From Styela clava (lineage: Eukaryota): DNA of 64,000 bases. The DNA lies in NCBI RefSeq assembly GCF_964204865.1, contig NC_135259.1, positions 20,212,001-20,276,000 of the forward strand. Reading direction: 5' to 3'. A model generated the notes under the pieces. It saw only the letters and a program-made list of their open reading frames with translations. It was not told the DNA's origin and did not search any database. Made by a program: the position numbers and the translations under genes. Below, piece by piece: positions 1-11,390 of this stretch (position 1 is its first letter; the number at the start of each line of letters is the position of its first letter).

Positions 1-248
1 AGCCGCCCAAGAAAGCAGAATAGCAGCTTTGATATAGGATGAATTATCAATGTATTTATCGGCCATTTTTTTTACCTCGGCTGCTTTGGGTCTATTTGAT
101 GACGTCATCAATTTCTTGATCTCGCTCAAACAAAAATTTGCTTTTGATTTTCTTCCTGCCATGTAAGAGTTGTGAAGCTCATCCAGTAACGATTGCAAAG
201 TACGTTCTTGCCTTTTGATTGGTTTTATAGCGTCTGGTGTTGATGTAT
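1..248 (-). CDS. exon: DTSTPDAIKPIKRQERTLQSLLDELHNSYMAGRKSKANFCLSEIKKLMTSSNRPKAAEVKKMADKYIDNSSYIKAAILLSWAA...
   Basis: ttttgttatag acceptor; 82 open codons to the window edge; amphipathic helical pattern. Confidence 0.75.
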
Positions 249-3200
249 CTATAACAAAAAGTTTGTCGTTTATAAATTAAATTAAATTCATGAGGGCAGT
301 GGGTCCAAAGGTTGATTGACCGGGGGCAAAATTAGAATCGGAAGGATAATCGCGGGCCGGGAGAGCGGAGATCCCGCAATGCCGATACCAGTACGTATAA
401 TCAAGATAACGGTATAGTTGAATTGTCACGAATATAGTTACAATGGCGCTCTCGTAGTAAGGTGACTAAGATGGCGGACACCGGAACGTAGTACGTGTAC
501 CAGGTTAGGGTTAGGCCATAATTTTAATTCAATTTTCCTTGTTTTAGTTATATTACGCTTTTGTGGACTAGCCAAGTGACTCCCGTAGTATTTATACCTG
601 AAATTATGGCCTAACCCTAACCTGGTACACATACTACGTTCCGGTGACCGCCATCTTAGCATACTACATGGGTGCCGTTGGCATTGTTACAAGTCTATTT
701 ATACAAAAGTCTATTGACCCATTGAGGTAAATGTCTGTGGACTGTCTCTGTTAGCCAAGTGAATATACCCCCTGTCCATAGGTTTCAGTGCCTTTACACA
801 GCTCGTTGTAAAGTAGGCAAACAAAATTAGTTACGTTACGTTGTTGGCGTTGAGGTTCGACTTCTCAAGTTCAAACCATTATCCTATATTTATTAGTGGT
901 TTTTAGTTTCGAATTGTGTTTAAAACTAAAACAATTAAATCTCATTTGAACCGTTTATCTCAACCGGGTAGCCATTCTTTCCCAAAGAGATATTTTGCCG
1001 TTCTTGGGAGGGATTTTGCTTTGAATTCTCTCTGTTTTTATTAATATTTCTTTTTATCACTATAATCTTTACTTAATTACACTATAAACTACTTGAACTA
1101 TACAAAAACGGGAATACGAATTGCTCATAACACTGGCTAGGGATCCATTAAAATTACATTAATAAAGCACTATTCATGCTTACTGAGGAAGGAATAAAGA
1201 GTCCCAAAATAGACGAAGGAAAGAATTTGCCCTACAGCAGGGTTTCCCAAACTTTTTGGGCCTCGTACCCCTGTTTTTGAATTTTATTTTTGACGGACCA
1301 ACATGCTATGCCTTCTCAATTTCTATGTCTAACCATTTTAAAAGCATTTTCGGACAGCAATGGATATTCTTCTGTCACGATCAACCAAAAAATGCAGTGA
1401 CTTTTTGTTTAAAATCAACCATTAAAGATTAGAGACTTTTCACATCGTTGCGGACCACAGTTTGGGAACCCCTGTTCTAGAGAAACTGCTTTTATCAAAA
1501 ACTATATTTGAGGGACACGCCATCATGCTGAGTTTATCGAAAAATATCACCCAAGGTTCAAAGGTAATAAGTTAAAGATCAGAAGCTATTCACCTTTTAC
1601 TTTTGACTTTTTTTCCTTGGGCTTGGAGGTCGTTGCTTCTGAGTTTCTAAAGATTTAAAATAGTATTTGTACTGCAAAGATTGAAAAATTGTTCAGAACG
1701 CTCAGTTATATGACGAGCCCTGGCCTATTGCCCGAATTCAAGTAGGGATATATTAATAGCTGAGTCGTGCATTTAAAGCATTTAGCAATACTTTCGCGTA
1801 TATTCATCTAGCTTGGGTTTTAAACCAATGCAAAGTCACATAAGGTAATCAGCCCGGCTCGGGAAAGTGTATTTTTACCCCTAGACGGCAAGGGTTGCAA
1901 GATTGCAATTGGTAGATGAGAGGCGAGCGGAGTTTGAGATTCGAAGTTGAATCCGGAGTGCTAATTATGAAAAAAACGGATCCGGAGTCAAATTTATGGA
2001 CTTCTTGCAAAGTAACAAGAACTAATCACTAATCACCATGGCTTGGGAAAGTGTATTTTTACCGCTAGACGCTAAGTTGTGCAAGATTTGCAATTGGGAA
2101 ATGGGAGATGAGCGTAGTTTCATATTCGATGTTGAATTCGGAGTCATAATTAGGAAATAATCGCGGAGTCGGAGCCAATTTTATGGATTTTCGCAGAATT
2201 CTATATTGAATTTTTTTTTGGGGGGGGGGAGGGGGGATAGGAAGAACATGGATACTTAGAACATGGATATTTACATTTCATTCATTTTGGATATTTACGT
2301 TCGATCCACATATTTTTTTAATAGAACATACTTTCGCCCTGCTATCTCGTATTTGTAGCTTATTGTTTATTCAAGGTGGGGCGCGAGACTTGATAAATTC
2401 TAAAAAAAGGGACGATGCCTAAAAAGTTCGAGATCGCCTGTTCTAAATGCTGGTAGGTTGGTGAAATTACAAAATGGCTACTCACACTCCTTCTGCTGCA
2501 TCTTGACGATTTTCCAATGTTTTCAATCTCTTTTCGAACATTGCCATCCGCTCGAATAATATTTTATCGACTTCACGCAAATCTGAGAAAAATGAACTAC
2601 GCGTGAGTTTGGATATTATTTGAATAAACTTGATAACGAATATAGCTTTACCAAAGATTGGTAATAGGTCGGTGTATTTAGGATACTGTTTATGTAAAAT
2701 GTCACACAACCTTGTTAATATATAGTAATGATGCCTCTATACTGGACTTAAAAAATAATTCGAAGAAAAATGATAGATGTTGTTATACAGGAGAATGAAA
2801 GAATCAACGGTGCCTCTGTCACCCCCTCAAATTCCATCTCTAGACCTGCCCTTTTCTATATTGAAATTAACTTTTTAGTATTTTTAATTGCCAGGTTTAA
2901 CTTGAATTTAATTAATTAAAACTCGTAACAACGCTTGCTAAAACAATTGTTGTATTTCGGGTGAATCAATTTGGCGGAGCAAATTCATCTGGAGTCAAAT
3001 TTTTGAACTGGAGTTGTATCCGGAACCGGATTCCGGATAGCGTCTTTAATAAATATTGTTATTTTAAGTTGTGAGGTATAGTCGGAGTCGGAGAAATTTG
3101 CTTTATTTTTGAATTGATATTCCGATAGACGGAATCAATTTCAACCAAGATTCCGGACCCGGAGTTGAATATAAAGAGTTCAAATATGGCTAATCTAATG

Positions 3201-5022
3201 AAAAAATATATTCGGAGTCAATTTTTTGAACCGAAGTTCGAATCCGGAATCAGTTTCCAGCTAGCAGCATTGAGGGAAGTTGTTGTTCTATAGTTGTGAG
3301 GTAAAGCTGGAGTCAATTTTTTTTGAAAATAATAGATTCCGGATAGTCGAATAACATGGAGTCGAGTCGAGTCTGCATTCCTATATTTACCTTCTGAGCT
3401 TGTGGTTCTTCTATCAGGAGAGAAGTCTTCGTACGAAGTAAGCTGCGCAATATTAATTGTACTGAAATCTCTATCTTCGCTTCTTTTTTCTGAATGTTAA
3501 ATAATTGGTTCAAATATCTGTGTTTAATTCAACTTTTTTGGTGGGGCGGAATCAAATGGAAATTTGCGTAACTCCTGGTCTGTACTGACCGAACTCTATG
3601 TTGTCGCGGAACCCAGTTTAAAAACCATTGATCTAGAGAGGTGGAGTCATTTTTTAATGAAATTCCGGATCCGGAGTTAAATATAAAGTGCTATATATAC
3701 GGAGTCAATTTTTTTACCGGGGTTTCGACTCGGAATCGGATTGAATGTGTCGGCAACCCCGCGGAACCCAGGTTGAAAACCACCGAACTAGAAAGTCATT
3801 TTTTTGAAAAGGAGAGATGGAGTCATTTTTTTTTTTTGAAGATTTCGGATCCGGAGTCAAGTGTTGAGTTTAAATATAGTAATTTTGATGACAGAATAAA
3901 TCCGGAGTCGTTTTTATGAACCGGATTATGGATCCAGTAACGGATTCCAGCCAGCGGCATTGAGAAATTTTGGTATTCAATAGTTTTGCGGTAGAGCCGG
4001 AGTCAATTTTTTTAAGTGAATTGTATCCGGTAAAGGGTTGGAGGTTTTCAAATATTGATTTGAGAGTCGGATACTGGAATGACATGGAGTCGAATCGAGT
4101 CTGCATTCGTACTTTTACCTTCCGAGCTTGTGGTTCTTCTACCAGGAGAGAAGTCTTCGTACGAAGTAAGCTGCGCAATGTTAATTGTACTGAAATCTCT
4201 GTCTTCGTAATCACTTCTTTTTTCTGAACGGAAAATAATTTATTTCAATATCCTTGTATAAAATGAATGTACAGAATTGTAATATAGATTAGAAACAAGT
4301 TTGGTTTGGGACAGAAATTTGACCTGTTATTCGTTTTAATAATTTTACTGCATATAATCCATCACTGAGACAGTTCGCTTAGTTGTTACACACAGTAAAA
4401 AAACATTACTAACTCGTTACTAACACATTACTACACTCGTTACTAAACATTACTAACATTACTAACATCAATAACTCACTGGAACATATACCAGATATTA
4501 TTTCAAAAATATAGCTTCAATGAAAAAGTTCGGTATTCCTAAGGAATGCGTACCAAGATGGACAACGGAACGTAGTATGTATTTCAGGTTAAGGTTAGCC
4601 CATAATTTTAGGTACAAATACTACGGGAGTCACTTGGGTAGTCCCCGAACTAGTAATAAAACTAAAATAAGGAAAATTGGAACAAAATCATGGCCTAACC
4701 CGAACCTGGTACACATCCGCCATCTTGATAAACATACTTCAGGTGTACCAAAAATTCACCTCGTCCCTTGGTGAACAAAATAAAACAAGATGGCGACGAT
4801 TCGAAATTTAAGTGTTGGTAGATTCGAATAGTTTATTATTCGATTCGAATATTTGATTGGAAATGCCCATCGCATAGGTTTCGGGGAACCTCCGCATTAC
4901 ATTTTGTTTACGTTCACATACCTGGTACATACTGGGCCTGTCTGTTCTGATCGTCTGGTTTAGAATTACTTGCTTCGCCTTTCAACTGACTTGGGTCTTC
5001 ATACTCCGAATATGGTGCGGAC
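1..5022 (-). CDS. partial multi-exon gene of unknown function, running off the left edge; low-complexity N-terminal part then predicted helical region
   Basis: Minus-strand exons 5022-4922, 4223-4119, 3489-3391, 2582-2486, 1646-1594 and 248-<1 have AG/GT sites and compatible phases, giving one open frame. No family recognised. Confidence 0.72.
445..676. mobile_element. Merlin-like MITE, long palindromic subtype A
   Basis: AAGATGGCGGACACCGGAACGTAG...GGTTAGGGTTAGG arms in inverted orientation. Confidence 0.8.
1238..1474. mobile_element. hAT-type MITE
   Basis: CAGGGTTTCCCAAAC...GTTTGGGAACCCCTG TIR. Similar elements at ~18123-18643, 45037-45370, 46388-46725, 49467-49871 and 54388-54698. Confidence 0.75.
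1594..1646 (-). CDS. exon: NSEATTSKPKEKKSKVK
   Basis: ctttag / gtgaat; phase 2 to 1 fits flanking exons. Confidence 0.7.
2486..2582 (-). CDS. exon: DLREVDKILFERMAMFEKRLKTLENRQDAAEG (coiled-coil-like)
   Basis: tttttctcag / gtgagt; phase 1 to 2. Confidence 0.78.
3391..3489 (-). CDS. duplicated symmetric exon copy B: KRSEDRDFSTINIAQLTSYEDFSPDRRTTSSE
   Basis: cattcag / gtaaat; 99 nt, phase 1-1. Confidence 0.68.
4119..4223 (-). CDS. duplicated symmetric exon copy A: KRSDYEDRDFSTINIAQLTSYEDFSPGRRTTSSE
   Basis: ccgttcag / gtaaaa; 105 nt, phase 1-1. Confidence 0.7.
4532..4749. mobile_element. Merlin-like MITE subtype A
   Basis: GGTAT...GTACC ends; TSD aaaagttc/aaaaattc. Confidence 0.8.
4922..5022 (-). 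CDS. exon: SAPYSEYEDPSQLKGEASNSKPDDQNRQAQYVP
   Basis: Strong CAG|gtatgt donor; weaker AAG acceptor; phase 2 to 1. Confidence 0.6.
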
Positions 5023-5361
5023 CTTGAATCAAAAGTATTACATTATAAGAATGGTTTTTACTCGGGATTCCGCTGTACGCAATGGTTCTGAAAATACAGC
5101 CTAAAGGTTCCGCTACTTTTCATTCAAATTCGATAGTTTATATCAGGGGTGTGTAACTTCTAATTTAGGAGAACCAGATACAAATAACTGGGTGAAACCG
5201 CGGGTCGCATCTTTAACATGGGATTACTAGTAGTTGTAGACAGATTTGATAGATCTTTTGACATGCGTTGTTTGAAATAGTTACTCAAGCATAGGCTTTG
5301 CAATGCAAACGGGTTAGAAATACTCGCACTAACCAGATTAAACGAAATTAAAAAGTCGTTT

Positions 5362-6039
5362 CGCGGGCCGCACACAATTCAAATTTGGCACTTCTCCGCG
5401 GGCCGCACACAATTCAAATTTGGCACTTCTCCGCGGGCCGCACACAATTCAAATTTGGCACTTCTCCGCGGGCCGCACACAATTCAAATTTGGCACTTCT
5501 CCGCGGGCCGCACACAATTCAAATTTGGCACTTCTCCGCGGGCCGCACACAATTCAAATTTGGCACTTCTTCGCGGGCCGCACACAATTCAAATTTGGCA
5601 CTTCTCCGCGGGCCGCACACAATTCAAATTTGGCACTTCTCCGCGGGCCGCACACAATTCAAATTTGGCACTTCTTCGCGGGCCGCACACAATTCAAATT
5701 TGGCACTTCTCCGCGGGCCGCACACAATTCAAATTTGGCACTTCTCCGCGGGCCGCACACAATTCAAATTTGGCACTTCTCCGCGGGCCGCACACAATTC
5801 AAATTTGGCACTTCTCCGCGGGCCGCACACAATTCAAATTTGGCACTTCTTCGCGGGCCGCACACAATTCAAATTTGGCACTTCTCCGCGGGCCGCACAC
5901 AATTCAAATTTGGCACTTCTCCGCGGGCCGCACACAATTCAAATTTGGCACTTCTTCGCGGGCCGCACACAATTCAAATTTGGCACTTCTCCGCGGGCCG
6001 CACACAATTCAAATTTGGCACTTCTCCACGGGCCGCACA
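5362..6039. repeat. 35-bp minisatellite, ~19 near-perfect copies (CGCGGGCCGCACACAATTCAAATTTGGCACTTCTC), inside a degraded hAT-like element
   Basis: Direct head-to-tail repeats with no spacers. The left flank 5290-5370 resembles 38296-38375. Confidence 0.97.
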
Positions 6040-6456
6040 ATTTTCCTCATTCCATTTACTCATGGCGGTGACAATTCAGCGATCGAAACGCAATATTTGC
6101 TGCTGCCTTATCGCTTCATGAATCTCATAGTGCTTTCACATTGCTATAATGGACCAACGGTAAATGAATCTTGCTTCAAACTATATTTATTAACCGGTAT
6201 TTGTAACTGAGTTTAACGAATATTATTTATAGTGCTAGCGCGTCATTGTTTCCGTCTATTGTACAATTATTGCAATGCAATGAAAAACGATCCGAATACT
6301 CGTTTACTTACTGTTATTGGACACAAAATGGACCTATGGATCGTTTTTGTCGTTGTTATTGTAGTTGTTGTTGTTGTTTGGGGGAAAATTCCTGTGAACT
6401 CTATGAGATTTGTTTTCATAATAAAGCTTTGTGTGATGACGTTGGGCTAAAAGTAG

Positions 6457-6663
6457 GGCGTTTCAGAATTGTGTGTACCGATATGGAGGTGACTAATTTT
6501 GTCCGCCTACTTTACATCAAGTTGCCTAAAGGGACTGAAACCTATGGGCAGTAGGTATATTCACTTGTTTAACACAGACAGTCTTGTAATAGAACTAAAA
6601 AAAGGAAAATCGGAATAAAATTATGGCCTAACCCTAACCTGGTACACATACTACGGGAGTACC
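6457..6663 (+). mobile_element. Merlin-like MITE asymmetric subtype C
   Basis: Same right arm as subtype A; internal GTTCGCCTACTTTACATCAAG-like segment. Other copies at ~740-835, 10510-10672, 13057-13210, 13716-13925, 32006-32220, 36297-36511 and 59065-59264. Confidence 0.8.
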
Positions 6664-9629
6664 AAAAATTGCGCATCGTGTGACGGTTCCACAATTGCAT
6701 TTTAGCGATCTCGTGCTCAGCAAGGTCGACAGTATTTTAACTAGGAAGATCACCGGTACTGTAAAAGGTTTGATACTATTTCATTTTGGCCTTTGTGTTC
6801 ATATATTTGAGCATCGCTCTCTTGTTTCTGCAAGGTTATTCAAATCACAGGTTTTCAAAGTAACTTCAATTTTTCACTGGGATCAGAAGTTAAAACTACT
6901 GGGATTATTGCTTGGAAATTAATGCTAAAAATTTAGTAAATACAGGTTTTTCATAAAGTCCCTTCACAAATTCAATTTTGTTATGAAGTCAGTTCTCAAT
7001 ATATTTTAACCAGGTTTGTTGTTCAATAATTCTTTAAGTATTCTTACTTTATTTAATACATCTGTGGCGACCAAAACAATAAATGGTTCTTTCGAATTCA
7101 AAAAAAATAAAAATTCACAAGACCATAGGAATACCCTATATATTTAAATAAATAAATTACTAAAATTTCTTTTCATACCTATTTTTAGTCCCAGACTTTT
7201 GTCCTTGTTGAGAAGACTTCTGATGACTTCCGGTTTTGACTCCTGACTCCGGATAGAACTAAATTTTGACTCCGGATCCGGAATAACAAATCCACATATA
7301 TTACTACCAAAAGAGATGCAAGTGAATGATAGTTAAACTAGATTTGATATATTTCAAGTTTACACTGTTAGGAAAAATACAGATGGGAGGGATAACACAA
7401 AGCCTTTCGGTGGAAAAAAGTTCTGATTAAATCCGGGTCATAAAAAATGACATCTGGTTACGACTCCTGACTCCGGATTCCGGCTCTGGGGGAAAAAATC
7501 CACGTCACGGATATCCGTTCGACTCCAATACAACGCTGCCGGAAAATCGGAAAAAATTACAATTAACTTTGAATCCAGAATCAAAATTAAAACGAATTTT
7601 GACTTCGAAACGTTCTGAAGTCTCTCAGCGCTTGTGGCCTATGATCTTCTATATCGAACAACTGGTTTCGCTAACGAGATTTCATCGGTTAATTTACGCG
7701 CCACATTCAAATATCGGTATCGATATATTGGCAATATCGGCGTAACGGTATCGGCGATAAAAGCGATATCGGTACATCTCTAATTTAAATCATGCTATTA
7801 TGGTTCTACGTTATCAATTTGAATAAAAACAAAACAAAGGAAGGCAAATGAATAAACACGATACAGTTTAAGAATTTAACAAATCGCGGACAATTTGCTT
7901 CGAATCAATGTCGTCTTAATAGTCAACCTCTTCGCGGGCTTCCTAGCACCAAAAGTTTGAGAACCCCTTGATTATAATATTCGTTTAAATATACTCATAA
8001 ACATTAATCGGTAAGTACCAGTGGCATTTTTTGTTTTTAATTTTCTAAATTTATTTTGGGGTTCCGTAAATAATATTCAATCTCTTCACGGGCTCCATAA
8101 TACTGAAAGTTTAAGAACGAACCCCTGTCTTAGGTATACTATCGCTCTAGTATATTCAACCTGCATAATGCGTTGTTCCACATCCCTCTCTGTATACGAA
8201 GACTATACTGGATTGTAAACCAGTATTTGCGTTATAATCTTCAATCTTGGATTCCAGAATATTCCAAAAACTTTGACTTTACCTGCATTTTAAAGTAAAT
8301 ATTACTTTATTTATTACATGTTAATATTCAGTATATGCTGCTGCCTTATCCATTTATGAACCACTTGGTGCTTCAACATTACTATAATTGATCAATGGTT
8401 AATAAATCTTGCTTCAAACTATATTTAATAATCGTTATTTGTAACTGGTTTTACTGAATAATATTTATAGTCCTAGCACGTCATTGTTTCCGTCTATTGT
8501 AAAATTATTGTAACGCCACGAAAGAGGAGATGAATGTGAAAACTGTTGACTCATTGAAAGGAAATATCGGAAATAACTAACTGCGAACATTGCTACAATA
8601 TCGATAGCGGAGGCCATTGAACAAGCGTTATGCTTACCTTACATTCTCTTTAGCAGTGGCTTATAACCTTTTATGGATCGTGGGCCCCTTTCCGAGAGCA
8701 CTCATGCCAATTGTTATCACTGTAGTGTTATTTATAGTGTTATTCTGAATGGTAGATCTCAAATCCCAAAATTGAACAAGTCTTACGCTTACTTGGCATT
8801 CTCTACAGCAGTGATTCATAACCTTTTATGGCTTGTGGCCCCTTTTCTGAGCCTTTTAGTCATCATTGCCCACTGTTTATCATTCCAGTGGTATTTATAG
8901 TGTTATTTTAATTGGTAATTCAAATTCCATTATGCTCAAACAATTCCTGCTCAACAAACTGGAAACAACCTGTGAAATAACCTTATTATACAATGAAACT
9001 AGAAAAAACAGGGAGTTTTCTTGTAAAGTGAAAAGTGAAAAGAGTTTTGCGCTTAGCATTGTGGCTCCGTTACAACTGCGCTGTGGCTTCCTAAGGGGGT
9101 CGTGGGCCCTCGGTTGGGAATCACTACCCTATATTCGATGCTATGAATAAAAGTGAATAAATCTGTGAGCCCCGCAGTTTTTAAAACATTCATCGCATTG
9201 ATGTATTCAAACTAGATATGTACCGATGTATCAGGTATCGGCAATATCGCGTATTTTTTCGGTATCGGTATTTGTATATCGTAGTCTACGTGATCAATTA
9301 CGCTACTATATACTTCTGACATTGTTTTTGGAGCAACAATAGAATCCGTAAGTCGTACACTATAAAAACATTCATCGTAGTGATGTATTCAAACCATGCT
9401 ATCGTGGTCTATCTCTACGTAATCAATTACGTCACCTCTTACGTAATTTTCTCAAAACAATCAAAGTTGTAAACTCATCACACCTGTCCAGGTACTTATT
9501 GTATTGTTGTATTTCCTGATCAGCCGTCTAAACAATCTCAACGAATACTTAAAGTGGACTTGAAGTAGGTTTAAAACGACAGGTAAATTCTTTCACACAC
9601 GTAGTAAGGAGAAAAGGTACTGTATACCG

Positions 9630-10073
9630 CAGTGGTCGGCAACCTACGGCCCGCAAATCTAATCCGGCCCGCGGAGTACTATAATCCGGCCCGCGACGTC
9701 TCACTGAATTATAGTAACAAAACAGGGGTTTTGACGATTATATTCTGTACGTAACAGAATTTATTGTAAGACAAGTGTAGACTAGATTATATTATAATCT
9801 AAAAGGTATAAAATTCACAATAACTCGTTTAATGAGCCTATAATTCAATTACAATTAGACAAATGGCAAAAAAACGCAGAAAAATTGATGCTAAATGCAA
9901 ATGGTTCGAATAAAGAAATAAATCAATATTCTATTCGAGAGATGAATCACTGCTTCATTTTTTATAAAAAGTATCATCCGTTCGGTTTTCAACTTTCTAG
10001 AAATATGTGCGGCCCGCCAATGTCTTGCAACTTCAATTTTGGTCCGTGAGCGACAAAAGGTTGACGACCCCTG
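9630..10073. mobile_element. hAT-type MITE
   Basis: CAGTGGTCGGCAACC...GGTTGACGACCCCTG TIR, GGCCCGC subterminal repeats, TSD gtataccg/gtatactg. Confidence 0.85.
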
Positions 10074-11043
10074 GTATACTGCTATTGATCAAAGACCTTC
10101 ATATTTGAGTGAGGGAGGGGGATACCCTAGTCTGAGATAAACATAATCGAAGAACTTCAGTTGGTCAGACAGGTAGCTAGCTCCTTTCACAACACGTTGT
10201 AAGGAGAAAAGGGTACTCTCTATTGCTCTTGTCTCGAGACCAAGGGAGGTCGCGACTAAAGTTGGTTATCGAGCAGCGAAAGATTAAATTTTAAAATTTG
10301 AAATCTACTGTCTTGGACGGGAAGTACCGCACGAGTTATCAAACTAATATTGCTTACAAGAGGTGGTTGATTTCTTGACATTGCAATAAAGAGCCAAAAG
10401 ATCTACTGCTGGACGGGGAGTTACCCAATTCAACTTAAATTATTGACGAAGTGTTGTTCCGAAAATTAGTTTGGAGAATTTTGAAGGTGACCTAGGGGTC
10501 ATATTGTTAGGTATGTGTACCAATATGGAGGTAACTAATTGTGTTCGTCTACTTTACATCAAGTTGTGTAAAGGGACAGAAACCTATGGACAGGGAGTAT
10601 ATTCACTTGACCAACACAGACAGTCCCGAAATCGTAATAGAACTAAAATAAGAAAAATCGGAATAAAATTATTAAGTGGTAGACGATTGATTATCGAAGC
10701 ATAAATAATAAACCAACTTTCTATACCGAGAATCGTAGGACACGGTATGGACATACAGATCGTTTTGCCATTATGTTGATGAAATCCTTTTTCTTGTCGT
10801 TATAAAAAAAAAATTTCTCATTCACTATTAGACCAGTTGCTTTGGATTTTTCAGTGGGTAAAGATTATATTTTTTGGCAGAAGGCTAATACTCTTATTTA
10901 TTTCCAATAGTTTCTCTGGGCCTTTTGAGATTCGTTGTTTGTGTGCAATGACGTCATAGAAATTAGAACGTGTGCACCTTGTAGCGGTTCCGCGTTCGCG
11001 ATCTAATGGTCTGGCGGTACCGTGAGTCTAATGTAAAAGATTG

Positions 11044-11390
11044 GGTACTCCCGTAATATGTGAACCAAGATGGCGGATACCGGAACGTAGTATGTGTACC
11101 AGGTTAGGGTTAGGCCACAATTTGAGGTACAAATAAAACGAGAGTCACTTGGCTAGTCCCATAATAGAACAAAAATAGAAAAATTGGAATAAAATTACGG
11201 GTATTCCTGAAGTATGCGCTCCAAGATGTCGCACAACCTGAACCTTAACCTGGTACACAACCAGGAGTTCAGGTTGTGCGTCATCTTGGTGTGCCTATAT
11301 CAGGAGGTCCAAATTATGGCCTTACTCTAACCTGGTACATATACTACGTTCCGGTGTCCGTCATCTTGGTTCACATACTTCGGGAGCGCC
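11044..11390. mobile_element. Merlin-like MITE subtype A with nested short subtype B (11200-11310)
   Basis: Outer TSD aaagattg/gaagattg; inner TSD aaattacg/aaattatg. Confidence 0.85.

Noticed and set aside
504-516. Interstitial telomere (GGTTAGGGTTAGG)
   Set aside because: Only about two units, always inside the MITE arms.
438-662. Recurring 'MCTRLGLGHNFRYKYY / MGRGYIHLANT' ORFs across the window
   Set aside because: These are translations of the non-coding MITE family; no transposase motifs.
5362-6039. CRISPR array (35-bp repeats)
   Set aside because: Repeats are head-to-tail with no unique spacers, there are no cas genes, and the context is eukaryotic.
5385-6210. Three overlapping 228-251-aa ORFs
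   Set aside because: Artefact of a stop-free 35-bp unit read in all three frames; TTG starts and no splice support.
7179-7258. Possible further upstream exon of the - strand gene (…GSHQKSSQQGQKSGTKNR, AG|gtatga donor, phase fits)
   Set aside because: The acceptor is ambiguous and overlaps GACTCC repeats; plausible but not supportable without RNA data.
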